Virus record (IMG/VR): IMGVR_UViG_3300027212_000010
Span: 3,097 to 67,096 of that record
DNA length: 64,000 nucleotides
Source: a virus
Lineage: Duplodnaviria; Caudoviricetes
Direction: 5' to 3' (one strand)
A program made the translations under genes and the position numbers. Position 1 is the first letter of the stretch. Each line of letters begins with the position of its first letter. This document shows positions 1 to 8,136 of this stretch, one piece after another. The notes under the pieces were generated by a model that was not told the DNA's origin, made no database searches, and saw only the letters and a program-made list of their open reading frames with translations.

Positions 1-89
1 AGGGAGCGGGTTGGGTTGATTTGTCAGACCTACCCGATACAATAAAACTAGATATAGAAATCGCACTACTACAAGAAGGAGCACTATAA

Positions 90-239
90 ATGACTATCAC
101 TTACTCAATATGGGACGGCGCACAACTACTAGGCGTTGATTTCAAGGCAACTAGCGCAGATGAAATGAATAAGGTCGTAGCAGACCTAATGAAAGTTTCT
201 CGTAATGTCGTAGCACATATGCGAAAGGTTGAAATGTAA
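90..239 (+). CDS. hypothetical protein (49 aa)
   Basis: Read by hand: MTITYSIWDG...KVEM. RBS AGAAGGAG, downstream of promoter at 22-43, TAATG-coupled to next ORF. Confidence 0.7.
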   Translation: MTITYSIWDGAQLLGVDFKATSADEMNKVVADLMKVSRNVVAHMRKVEM

Positions 240-394
240 TGATACCTACAGGATTTGAGTTATCTATAACTAACGAATACGGATTTGAGTTTGATAGTTT
301 CTTAGGGGCTATCTACTTACCTTGGCACACTATTATTATCACCGCCCTAGCACTAATCGCTTATAAGATTTATAAGAGAAAGAAGAATAAGTAA
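239..394 (+). CDS. small membrane protein (51 aa)
   Basis: MIPTGFELS...hydrophobic stretch followed by KIYKRKKNK; TAATG overlaps at both ends. Confidence 0.65.
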   Translation: MIPTGFELSITNEYGFEFDSFLGAIYLPWHTIIITALALIAYKIYKRKKNK

Positions 395-507
395 TGACTA
401 CTAATCGCCTACTAACTACCGCCGTCCAATTACTACTAGCGGGCGTTACTATCCCGCTACTAATCGCCGTAATCAAAGATATAAAAAATGGGGGACTAAA
501 TGAATAA
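394..507 (+). CDS. small hydrophobic protein (37 aa)
   Basis: MTTNRLLTTAVQLLLAGVTIPLLIAVIKDIKNGGLNE; coupled to both neighbours. Confidence 0.55.
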   Translation: MTTNRLLTTAVQLLLAGVTIPLLIAVIKDIKNGGLNE

Positions 508-697
508 ATCACAATTAGAGAAAGACTTAGAAATAAAAGAAAGCTTTATAGATTTACTAAATGATATTTATCCTACTGTAAAAATCGGTTACTCTACATT
601 CACACCCGCCGAAATTCTAGAGTGTTGCGATCCCGTAGCGTTTGCGATTGGATTAGTGGAGCACGAGGATTATTTAGCAGAATTAGAAAATGAATAA
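500..697 (+). CDS. hypothetical protein
   Basis: ORF track; GGGGG RBS; part of operon. Confidence 0.7.
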   Translation: MNKSQLEKDLEIKESFIDLLNDIYPTVKIGYSTFTPAEILECCDPVAFAIGLVEHEDYLAELENE

Positions 698-736
698 ATA
701 AATAACGGCGTGTCGGCTTGACAAATCGGCAAGCCG

Positions 737-906
737 CCCGCATATGTATGGGGTTATCCACAGGGTTAAGAGAGTTATCCACAACCCCTGGAATTTGCAG
801 CACGACACGCCCGAGATCTTTGTGATGTTTATCACAACACCCACGCTCCACATATTGAGACAAACTCTTGCAAAATTAACACTTTGTCAGTCCTATCCGC
901 TATAAT
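737..906 (+). promoter_or_regulatory. composite module 1: palindrome, 2 DnaA boxes, CCTGGAATTT, CRP-type box, TGTCAG promoter
   Basis: CCCGCATATGTATGGG 737-752; TTATCCACA 754-762 and 775-783; CCTG 787; TGTGA-N6-TCACA 821-836; TGTCAG 885; TATAAT 901. Confidence 0.85.
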
Positions 907-937
907 GTCTACTATAACAACAACGAAAGGAAGTCAA

Positions 938-1069
938 ATGAATCTAGATGAATTCAAGGCTCATGTTACAGAAACACGCAAGCAATCTAAAATCGAGGCG
1001 ATGTCAGTCCTCTCTGCTACAATTACCAAATCAACAACAACGAAAGAAGGTGCCACTAATGGCAACTAA
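938..1069 (+). CDS. hypothetical protein
   Basis: Start moved to ATG 938 after CAACGAAAGGAAG RBS. Confidence 0.6.
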   Translation: MNLDEFKAHVTETRKQSKIEAMSVLSATITKSTTTKEGATNGN

Positions 1070-1265
1070 ACTATACACAATCGAAAACTTGCTAATCGGC
1101 AAGAATTACCGCTCAAACTCTCGCCACTTTTCAGGTGAGATTATTTCTGCAACTGCTCGCCCTGAAATTTGGTATGGCGAAAAAACTGAAGCGTTTTTAA
1201 TCGAAGTTAGAACTGGTGGCTTGCGAAATAAATTCGCAACAATCGCAGTAAAGGTTGGTGAATAA
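1059..1265 (+). CDS. hypothetical protein
   Basis: MATKLYTIENLL...; RBS GAAGG, downstream of promoter at 1002. Confidence 0.7.
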   Translation: MATKLYTIENLLIGKNYRSNSRHFSGEIISATARPEIWYGEKTEAFLIEVRTGGLRNKFATIAVKVGE

Positions 1266-1409
1266 ATGGGAATGGTAAAAGATAGCCTTGACGGGATTTT
1301 TCTTTGCGATAATTGCGACACTCTCGCAACTGTATGGCAAAAGGGAAACACAATTGAAATCACACAATGCAAATGCGTAACACTAGATTGGGAGAGCGAC
1401 AATGTATAA
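1266..1409 (+). CDS. small Cys-rich protein (47 aa)
   Basis: MGMVKDSLDGIFLCDNCDT...QCKCV; CxxC...CxC. Confidence 0.6.
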   Translation: MGMVKDSLDGIFLCDNCDTLATVWQKGNTIEITQCKCVTLDWESDNV

Positions 1410-1611
1410 AATAACTTTATCTTATGACGGAAATGCACCACACTGGCAACAAGACTACGCAAGCGAATTTGATGCGTGGAAAGATTTCTTTGCATTTACT
1501 GATTGGGGATTTGCTAACGAATTCTCAACTGTAAATATTTACAATTCAGAAATGAAATGCTTTACTAAACATTTTTATCGTGAGGAAAGAAAGGTCGTAA
1601 CTGTAAAATGA
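1402..1611 (+). CDS. hypothetical protein
   Basis: ORF track; overlapping operon. Confidence 0.7.
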   Translation: MYKITLSYDGNAPHWQQDYASEFDAWKDFFAFTDWGFANEFSTVNIYNSEMKCFTKHFYREERKVVTVK

Positions 1612-1802
1612 CAATGACACGCAAGCACTTCGAGGCAATTGCTGAAATCTTAAATTATAATTCAGGTAAAACTCACCCTGCTGTTTTTTCTAAAATGGTT
1701 TTAGACTTTGCGGAATTGTGTGCAAATGAAAATCCTAATTTCAATGTAACTAAATTCTATGAAGCGAGTAACTATGTCATTCCAAAACTCTCTACGAGAT
1801 AA
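1608..1802 (+). CDS. hypothetical protein
   Basis: ORF track; ATGA overlap. Confidence 0.7.
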   Translation: MTMTRKHFEAIAEILNYNSGKTHPAVFSKMVLDFAELCANENPNFNVTKFYEASNYVIPKLSTR

Positions 1803-1908
1803 AGTAAAACGCATTCAGGAATTGCGTCGCAGTAATGCGGCGCAACCTGTTCGCAATAAAAAAACTTACACACGCAAGATCAAACATAAAAATAAAAATG
1901 CAGAGTAA
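1774..1908 (+). CDS. small basic protein (44 aa)
   Basis: MSFQNSLRDKVKRIQELRRSNAAQPVRNKKTYTRKIKHK; the ELRRSNAA motif resembles small actinophage proteins as I recall them. Confidence 0.55.
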   Translation: MSFQNSLRDKVKRIQELRRSNAAQPVRNKKTYTRKIKHKNKNAE

Positions 1909-1927
1909 TGCATAAGTATGCAGCTGG

Positions 1928-2027
1928 CCCGCATATGTGCGGGGTCGGGCGTGTCGTTATGATGTGATCTAAATCACCCTGGAAATTTGCGTGTCGATTA
2001 GGAAATGTCAGTCTGTTCTGTTATAAT
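1928..2027 (+). promoter_or_regulatory. composite module 2 (palindrome, GGCGTGTCG, CRP-type box, promoter)
   Basis: CCCGCATATGTGCGGG 1928-1943; TGTGA-N6-TCACC 1963-1978; CCTG 1978; TGTCAG 2006; TATAAT 2022. Confidence 0.8.
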
Positions 2028-2057
2028 TCTCTTAACTACCAACGAAAGAGGTTCCTC

Positions 2058-2267
2058 ATGGAATTATTTACCGTCGCTTGCTTGAACTATGAAATTTGTG
2101 GCGCTCAAGAAACTTTTGATTCTGTTGAAGAGTATGAAATTTATGGAGATGACTGGACTTGTGGCGAATGCTACGATTCAGAAGAAATGGAATTCTATGA
2201 ACTAGGTGGCTGGGCGGATTCCGACGCCCTTGCTTCCGCTGGCCATGGCATGGATGAGGATTACTAA
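2058..2267 (+). CDS. acidic Cys-containing hypothetical protein
   Basis: RBS AAAGAGG; CxxxxxC...CxxC. Confidence 0.7.
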   Translation: MELFTVACLNYEICGAQETFDSVEEYEIYGDDWTCGECYDSEEMEFYELGGWADSDALASAGHGMDEDY

Positions 2268-2298
2268 TATGTCAGACGTCACCGCTATAATTACCCCT

Positions 2299-3018
2299 AT
2301 GAAATTAAAACGTTCTAATGACCGCAAGGTGGCTAACCTTGTCACAAAAAATGGCAAGCAAGCAGCAATTGCGAACACGTTCGGATTACCTGCAGGCAAG
2401 GCCTACTCGTGCCCTGGCGCCACTAGTATTTGCGAAAGCGTGTGCTATGCGGGAAAGCTTGAAAAGTTATTCCCTGGCGTAAAAACTAATCTGTTACACA
2501 ATTGGGAATTGTTACGCAATGCAGACAATGACACAATGGTGGCCCTATTAGAAGAAATGATTATTGATTTTGTTTCTGATTGTGATAAGAAGAGTGCTCC
2601 TAAGTTATTCCGTATCCACTGGGACGGCGATTTCTTTAATGATATTTATACATATGCCTGGAAGACTGTTATCATGAACCACCCCGATATTCAATTTTGG
2701 GTTTACACACGTGTAAAGTCTGCAGCGCTTATTCTTAAGGATGTTGTTAATCTTTCACTGTATTATTCTACCGATGATGAGAATAAGGAAATAGCATTCG
2801 ATTTAAAGAAGAATTCTAAGGTCCGCCTTGCTTACCTAGGCAAGACATTCGCGGCCACCGAAGACACGATGAAAGAGTTAACGGGCAAGCCTGGCGCTAA
2901 GTGTCCCGAGAATATGAAATCAATTCCGCTTATCTCTAGCAATGGGTCCGCCTGTGTTTCTTGTGGTCTCTGTGTCTACGGTAAAGCAGACATTCGATTT
3001 TCTGCGAGTAAAAAATAA
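2299..3018 (+). CDS. GP88-like protein (radical-SAM-like fold family)
   Basis: FGLPAG...SCPGAT..C...CYA and RIHWDGDFF motifs. Start inferred at 2299 (leaderless, 13 nt after TATAAT 2286). Confidence 0.7.
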   Translation: MKLKRSNDRKVANLVTKNGKQAAIANTFGLPAGKAYSCPGATSICESVCYAGKLEKLFPGVKTNLLHNWELLRNADNDTMVALLEEMIIDFVSDCDKKSAPKLFRIHWDGDFFNDIYTYAWKTVIMNHPDIQFWVYTRVKSAALILKDVVNLSLYYSTDDENKEIAFDLKKNSKVRLAYLGKTFAATEDTMKELTGKPGAKCPENMKSIPLISSNGSACVSCGLCVYGKADIRFSASKK

Positions 3019-3170
3019 TGCATGATGTTATTGGATCCCTGATCGGAATTATATTAATCATGTTTTTATTATCACCAATTATTTTAACGGTGTACATGTT
3101 GTGGAGCTCTAAAATAGATATCGATAACGACGGCCAGGATGATTTGCCTTATCGTTGGGAAAATAAATAG
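3018..3170 (+). CDS. small membrane protein (50 aa)
   Basis: MHDVIGSLIGIILIMFLLSPIILTVYML...DIDNDGQDD; one TM helix followed by a DxDxDG loop. Confidence 0.55.
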   Translation: MHDVIGSLIGIILIMFLLSPIILTVYMLWSSKIDIDNDGQDDLPYRWENK

Positions 3171-3184
3171 GCTGGTACCCTATC

Positions 3185-3345
3185 GGCGTGTTCCCTTGAC
3201 AAAAGGGGACCGCTGCCCCCATATGTGCGGGGTTATCCACAGGCTTACGGGAGTTATCCACAGACCCTGAAAATTTGTGAGAAATATCACAAAGCTCCGA
3301 CACGCCGAGAATGGATTAGGTAATGTCAGTGCCCTATGCTAAAAT
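3185..3345 (+). promoter_or_regulatory. composite module 3 (palindrome, 2 DnaA boxes, CRP-type box, promoter)
   Basis: Palindrome 3216-3231; TTATCCACA 3233 and 3254; CCTG 3266; TGTGA-N6-TCACA 3276-3291; TGTCAG 3324; TAAAAT 3340. Confidence 0.85.
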
Positions 3346-3374
3346 ACTCTTATCCAACCAACGAAAGGTAACAA

Positions 3375-3599
3375 ATGTCTAATCTAATGAAAGTTCCACA
3401 CACAGTTGAGTTCGAGGCAGTAATTGACTTGGACAAGATTCCCGCTAACTTACTACCTGCGCTAATTGCACTTGACACTTATTCAGTTACAAAGATGTGC
3501 AAAGAAGCAACACTACACGCACTTGGAATGTCAAATGTAATTCCACTTGCTAATGAAAATAACACTTGGGCTGAAGTAACAATTAAGGAAGGTAACTAA
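3375..3599 (+). CDS. hypothetical protein
   Basis: RBS CAACGAAAGG. Confidence 0.75.
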   Translation: MSNLMKVPHTVEFEAVIDLDKIPANLLPALIALDTYSVTKMCKEATLHALGMSNVIPLANENNTWAEVTIKEGN

Positions 3600-3601
3600 C
3601 A

Positions 3602-3871
3602 ATGGGAAATAACACTGCGCTAGATTTAGCAAGCGAGTTTGATTTAGAACAAGGTATTGCTTATCACTTACAAGGTAATCATTACCCGCCCGTTCCACTT
3701 TCTATGGTGAAGCCTTGCATCGATGCTATCGATGCTTGGTGGGAAGAAGATTCAGATAGACTAATTGAAATGCCTGAAGGCGTATCTTATCGTGGAGATA
3801 AGTTTGCACCTGCTCACGCAATAATTGACCAGCATCACCTACACGCTTGGCTGCAAGATACCGACTACTGA
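3602..3871 (+). CDS. hypothetical protein
   Basis: ORF track; RBS AAGGAAGG. Confidence 0.75.
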   Translation: MGNNTALDLASEFDLEQGIAYHLQGNHYPPVPLSMVKPCIDAIDAWWEEDSDRLIEMPEGVSYRGDKFAPAHAIIDQHHLHAWLQDTDY

Positions 3872-3886
3872 GATCAAAACCAGGCG

Positions 3887-3961
3887 TGTGAGATTACTCA
3901 CACGCTTGGCATCTCAAATAATAAGATTGGGGTAGTAAATGTCAGACCCCTTTGCTATAAT
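3887..3961 (+). promoter_or_regulatory. CRP-type box plus TGTCAG promoter
   Basis: TGTGAGATTACTCACA 3887-3902; TGTCAG 3940; TATAAT 3956. Confidence 0.8.
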
Positions 3962-3986
3962 AAGACCCTACAAGAAAGGAAGCAAA

Positions 3987-4169
3987 ATGACAGTAAATGG
4001 ATACACTTACAAGGTTGGCGATTTATTCACCACCCTAAAGTCAAAAAAGACAGGAGTAATCAAAGAGATTATTCCTAACGCATCTGGCTCGGTGCGAGTG
4101 CTACTAGAAATGCCAACAAAGGAAACTCGTTGGACAACAGTTAGCGACTCAGCCCTAACAGGCGCATAA
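3987..4169 (+). CDS. small SH3/KOW-like beta protein
   Basis: YKVGDLF...KTGVIKEI...VRVLLE; start after AAAGGAAG RBS. Confidence 0.6.
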   Translation: MTVNGYTYKVGDLFTTLKSKKTGVIKEIIPNASGSVRVLLEMPTKETRWTTVSDSALTGA

Positions 4170-4333
4170 AAAGGAGGCACACACCCTAACAGGGTGCTAA
4201 GCCACGAAACAGGGGCAGTTTGAGAGAGTGTTCTCGCCCAATGTCGTAAGTAAGAACTCTCTCCCTTCGGGGAAATGTCAGACCCCCCTGCTATACTATC
4301 CATAACAACCAACCAACGAAAGGTAATAAATAA

Positions 4334-4750
4334 ATGAGCAGACAAATCACAGTAAAGGTAGCAACAAGCAAAGTAATCAAGGCACTAGAAGGCACTCTTG
4401 CTAAACTAGAAAATGATTACAACACACAAACAGCCAAAGAAGCAAAGTTCGGCAAAGCGCAAGAAGCGTGGCGCAAGGAAATTGGTGCTTGGGCTATAAA
4501 GAACTTCGCAAAGGCAGAGAACCTTCGCACAAACTATCGTTCTTGGAACAACACCCTCAATGTTGATTTCGACATCATCACAAAGGAAGGAAACTTTCCT
4601 ACTGAACCTGAAAAGGACTTTGAGGTTATCCATCAGCACCAGTATCGTGAGATGAAAGAGGACATCACAAATGCTCTCACCATCTTAAAGATGACAGATG
4701 AGGAAACAGTAAATGCTTCTACAATGAAGCAGATTGCTAAGTATCTCTAA
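4334..4750 (+). CDS. hypothetical protein
   Basis: RBS CAACGAAAGG; promoter at 4276. Confidence 0.8.
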   Translation: MSRQITVKVATSKVIKALEGTLAKLENDYNTQTAKEAKFGKAQEAWRKEIGAWAIKNFAKAENLRTNYRSWNNTLNVDFDIITKEGNFPTEPEKDFEVIHQHQYREMKEDITNALTILKMTDEETVNASTMKQIAKYL

Positions 4751-4787
4751 GTAATTTGGGGGGCAGAACTAAAGTCCTGAACCCAAA

Positions 4788-4814
4788 CGACCTGAGTAAG
4801 TCGCCAAACTGCTC
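4788..4814 (+). ncRNA. candidate H-type pseudoknot, copy A
   Basis: CGAC/GTCG stem around loop CTGAGTAA; loop GAGTA can pair with TGCTC 4810-4814. Confidence 0.5.
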
Positions 4815-4849
4815 TCCCTTCGGGGACAACTACTAACAAAGGTAATACA

Positions 4850-5077
4850 ATGGCAAATCGTTTCAGAGTAGAAATCTACGACGCAAACAAAATGAATGAT
4901 GTAACTATTTATTCAGAGCAAGGTGTAGACAAAGAATACCTAACTGAATTAGTTTATTCTAATCTGCGAAAGTTTAGCGGAAAAGTAAATGCTTACGTTT
5001 TCGATAACGTAAAGAAAAAGAAAACAACAGCAATGTTTCTTGATGAGCACACAGTAAATAAATATAACGTAATTTAA
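4850..5077 (+). CDS. hypothetical protein
   Basis: RBS AAAGG. Confidence 0.75.
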   Translation: MANRFRVEIYDANKMNDVTIYSEQGVDKEYLTELVYSNLRKFSGKVNAYVFDNVKKKKTTAMFLDEHTVNKYNVI

Positions 5078-5122
5078 AACACGGCGCTGCAGTTGGGAAA
5101 TCCGATCTCAACTGCAAAGCTG

Positions 5123-5258
5123 CCCGCATAGGTGTGGGGTTATCCACAGGCTTACGACTGCTTGTGGATAACCCTGGAATTTTGTGAGATTACTCACACG
5201 GATCAAAACGGACAAATGACTAACTAATCTAGACAATGTCAGTGCCACCTGTTATAAT
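5123..5258 (+). promoter_or_regulatory. composite module 4 (palindrome, inverted DnaA box pair, CRP-type box, promoter)
   Basis: Palindrome 5123-5138; TTATCCACA 5140; TGTGGATAA 5163; CCTG 5173; TGTGA-N6-TCACA 5183-5198; TGTCAG 5237; TATAAT 5253. Confidence 0.85.
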
Positions 5259-5291
5259 TGCATCTACAACCAATCGAAAGGAAATAAATCC

Positions 5292-6296
5292 ATGGCTCAT
5301 AATCTAGAAATGGAAAACGGCGAAGTTGCTTTTGCTCTTCGTGGTGCACCTGCTTGGCATAATCTTGCCAATCGTATCTTCACACAAGATGAGGAAGTTA
5401 CAACCGCAACAATGCTTGAAGAAGCAAAGTTAGCGAATTGGAATGTTCGCTTGTCTCCACTAACTGACCACATCTCAGAATCTTGGAATGATGTATCTAA
5501 TGCATCTCTCGTGATTCGTGATAACCCATTCAACAAGGAAATCGATGTCCTTGCAACTGTCGGCAAGCGTTACAAGCCTGTGCAGAATGAAGAATTGTTT
5601 GCATTCGCTGATGCAATTCATGATGCCAATGCTGATTGCCGTTGGGAATCCGCTGGCTCTCTTAAGAAGGGCAAAGTTGTGTTTGGAACTGTTGATATTC
5701 CCCGCACAATGGTTCTTGACCCACAAGGCGCTAACGATGAAACTAAACTATATCTAATTGTTTGGACATCACACGATGGTTCTGTTGCTGTTCAAGCAGC
5801 CGTCACACCTGTTCGTGTTGTTTGCCAAAACACACTAAACCTTGCAATGAAGAATGCTAAGCAATCTTTCAAGATTCGCCACACGCAATCTGTTGAAGGT
5901 CGCATTCAAGTTGCTCGTGAAACTCTTGGGCTTGCTCTTGGTTATTTCGATGAATTCGAAGTTCAAGCAAAAGCACTTTACTCACAAGCAATTACCGATG
6001 CTGAATTCTCTAAGTTGATTCAGACAATCTATCCTAAGCCAGAAAAAGATGCTAAGGGCGCAATCAAAAAGTGGGAGAACAAAGTTGTTCTGCTTGATGA
6101 CCTTTATCATAACTCACCAACTAACGCTACAATCAAGGGAACAAAGTGGGGTGCGTTCAATGCACTAACTGAGCGCCTTGATTATTATCGTTCAGGTCGT
6201 GGCAATGGCGAAACACTTATGGCGGGTGCATCAGGGTTTGACCCAGTTCTAACCGCAGAAAAAAATAAGTTGTATCGCATGGTTGCAACTTTCTAA
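5292..6296 (+). CDS. DUF932 / TIGR03299 phage-plasmid protein
   Basis: MAH......AWH.L; Y.P.QN...F.F; SHDGS; PVRVVC.NTL; F..RHT motifs. Confidence 0.85.
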   Translation: MAHNLEMENGEVAFALRGAPAWHNLANRIFTQDEEVTTATMLEEAKLANWNVRLSPLTDHISESWNDVSNASLVIRDNPFNKEIDVLATVGKRYKPVQNEELFAFADAIHDANADCRWESAGSLKKGKVVFGTVDIPRTMVLDPQGANDETKLYLIVWTSHDGSVAVQAAVTPVRVVCQNTLNLAMKNAKQSFKIRHTQSVEGRIQVARETLGLALGYFDEFEVQAKALYSQAITDAEFSKLIQTIYPKPEKDAKGAIKKWENKVVLLDDLYHNSPTNATIKGTKWGAFNALTERLDYYRSGRGNGETLMAGASGFDPVLTAEKNKLYRMVATF

Positions 6297-6310
6297 AAAA
6301 AACTAAATAA

Positions 6311-6338
6311 AAATCCTGAGCATGATTTAAAACTGCTC
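6311..6338 (+). ncRNA. candidate H-type pseudoknot, copy B
   Basis: AAATC/GATTT stem around loop CTGAGCAT; GAGCA pairs with TGCTC 6334-6338. Confidence 0.5.
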
Positions 6339-6351
6339 AATATTTTTTTTT

Positions 6352-6425
6352 GATCTCATAGCTCAATTGGTTAGAGCGCTACCCTGTCACGGTAGAGGTT
6401 GCGAGTTCAAGTCTCGTTGGGATCG
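6352..6425 (+). tRNA. tRNA-Asp(GTC)
   Basis: Acceptor GATCTCA/TGGGATC, anticodon loop CTGTCAC, T-loop TTCAAGT, discriminator G; no CCA encoded. Confidence 0.92.
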
Positions 6426-6446
6426 CTTGACAAATGCCGAGAGATG

Positions 6447-6537
6447 CCCCCATATGTGCGGGTGTGATTCTTATCATACGAGAGGACTAAGAAACCCCTG
6501 GAATTCTATTGTATATGTCAGTGGGCCCTGGTACAAT
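6447..6537 (+). promoter_or_regulatory. composite module 5
   Basis: Palindrome 6447-6462; TGTGA-N6-TCATA 6463-6478; CCTG 6497; TGTCAG 6516; TACAAT 6532. Confidence 0.8.
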
Positions 6538-6543
6538 TCTCTC

Positions 6544-7206
6544 ATGACCAACGAACTAGTATCAAGCAAGTATACATTTGTCTGCGACCCAGATGAATGT
6601 GATTGTTTAATCGAATTAACATCATCTGATGGATTTGGATTCCCATCAGGTGTGACAGAACTCACATGTCCGTGTGGCCGTAAGACAACCTTATTGTCAG
6701 TGGAGCATGCTACAATTGCACCTTCAACCCAAACGAAAGAGGAAAAAATGGAAGAGACAACAACACCTGCAGTAACAGTTCCCGATACATATAACTCTAA
6801 TCTATTGGTTACCTACAAAGTAATCCGTGGCTATTCAGATGCAGAATATGCAACTGATAAAGTTGCATCTCTTGAATGGGACTTGCACAATGGACGCCAA
6901 TCTCAAAAAGTTGCAAATATGCTACAGGGCAAAATTGACACAGTCAAAGATATTATCACTGAAGCATATGGCGATTCAGAAGACCAAGAAACACTTCGTT
7001 CTATTGCTGAAGCGCTTGATATTCCATTAACTCGAACAGTTGAGTGGACTGCATCTATCGAGGTTAGCGGAACTATTGAATTAGATTTGCTTTCTGATTA
7101 TGATACTGACATCGAGTCAGAGATTACAGATACTCTTTATGTTGATGCACAGAATGGCAATGTTGAAATCGTTGACCAAGAAGTATGTCATGTTAGGGAA
7201 TGCTAA
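6544..7206 (+). CDS. hypothetical protein, Cys-rich N-terminus; probable second in-frame start at 6749
   Basis: Leaderless ATG 12 nt after TACAAT 6532. Internal promoter 6695-6716 and RBS AACGAAAGAGG precede MEETT. Confidence 0.7.
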   Translation: MTNELVSSKYTFVCDPDECDCLIELTSSDGFGFPSGVTELTCPCGRKTTLLSVEHATIAPSTQTKEEKMEETTTPAVTVPDTYNSNLLVTYKVIRGYSDAEYATDKVASLEWDLHNGRQSQKVANMLQGKIDTVKDIITEAYGDSEDQETLRSIAEALDIPLTRTVEWTASIEVSGTIELDLLSDYDTDIESEITDTLYVDAQNGNVEIVDQEVCHVREC

Positions 7207-7418
7207 TGTATTTTGAACTCACCGCTCCATCTCAGGTAGCCTTTGCAAGGGCTATCTGGGATGCAGAGTTAATCGGATTAGACCCAATGACAATTGGTCC
7301 GTTGACTTTCAACATCGGAACTGGTAGTATTGAGAAAGTAAGTCGCATTAGAGATAAGTATAACTTAAAAGAAAGTTATACATCAGAGTATGAACCGACA
7401 GGTTACACGGGGAGATAA
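7206..7418 (+). CDS. hypothetical protein
   Basis: TAATG coupling. Confidence 0.7.
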   Translation: MYFELTAPSQVAFARAIWDAELIGLDPMTIGPLTFNIGTGSIEKVSRIRDKYNLKESYTSEYEPTGYTGR

Positions 7419-7420
7419 AA

Positions 7421-7567
7421 ATGTCAGACTATAAAGATGGATTTGATGACGGGTATAAGTTTGCTCGTGAAGAGATTATGGAGAAGTTAGCAGAGATTGA
7501 TATTGCTGACATCGACTCTTGGATTCTTGACCGTCTTTCTGAGATGATCGAAGGTGGCAACCTGTGA
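7421..7567 (+). CDS. hypothetical protein (48 aa)
   Basis: MSDYKDGFDDGYKFAREE...; RBS GGGAG. Confidence 0.7.
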   Translation: MSDYKDGFDDGYKFAREEIMEKLAEIDIADIDSWILDRLSEMIEGGNL

Positions 7568-7755
7568 TGGCTGAATGGCTTAAGTGTGACCAATGTGCAG
7601 CTCAAGCAATGTGGCAAGCAAAGAAAGATGCTATGTCTCTTTATTTTTGCGGACATCATAAGAATAAGCAAGGCGAGTCGCTTGACGACTGGGCCGAGGA
7701 ACTGATACAATTGCTCAACTACGAGCAGAATCAACTACTAACAAAGGCGGAATAA
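7564..7755 (+). CDS. small Zn-binding protein (CDxCxAQA...FCGHH)
   Basis: Motif typical of small actinobacterial Zn proteins. Confidence 0.65.
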   Translation: MMAEWLKCDQCAAQAMWQAKKDAMSLYFCGHHKNKQGESLDDWAEELIQLLNYEQNQLLTKAE

Positions 7756-7756
7756 A

Positions 7757-8131
7757 ATGGGAGACAGAGCAAACTTTGGTTTTAAGGACCGTAAGGGCGA
7801 TACAGTATTTCTATACGGGCACTGGGCTGGACACCGCATGCTTGAGAATTTAGCAAATGCAGTCGAAGCGGCACGTCCACGTTGGACAGATGAATCATAT
7901 GCAACACGTATTGCTATCAGTCATTTAATTAATGATGAATGGAAAAGCGAAACGGGTTGGGGCATTAGCGTTAACCAATTAGCAGACAATGAGCACAAGG
8001 TACCTATTATTAATTGGGCCGCCAAAACGTTCACACTTATGGAAGAGGACCTCACCACGGAAGTATTCAGTTCTAGTTTGGATGTATTTGTAAATAAGTA
8101 CAGTCAACTAGAAGAGCCCGCTATGGTATAA
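7757..8131 (+). CDS. conserved phage hypothetical protein
   Basis: MGDRANFGF...LYGHWAG; RBS AAGGCGG. Confidence 0.75.
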   Translation: MGDRANFGFKDRKGDTVFLYGHWAGHRMLENLANAVEAARPRWTDESYATRIAISHLINDEWKSETGWGISVNQLADNEHKVPIINWAAKTFTLMEEDLTTEVFSSSLDVFVNKYSQLEEPAMV

Positions 8132-8136
8132 TTAAT

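Noticed and set aside
2206-2298. N-terminal extension of the GP88-like ORF
   Set aside because: Overlaps the upstream gene and the promoter at 2270-2291.
4181-4250. Twister ribozyme (GGGTGCTAAGCC resembles the P4 loop)
   Set aside because: I could not place P1/P2, the UA cleavage site and the T1 partner in any permutation.
6367-6543. N-terminal extension of ORF 6367-7206
   Set aside because: Overlaps tRNA-Asp and regulatory module 5; the real start is likely 6544.
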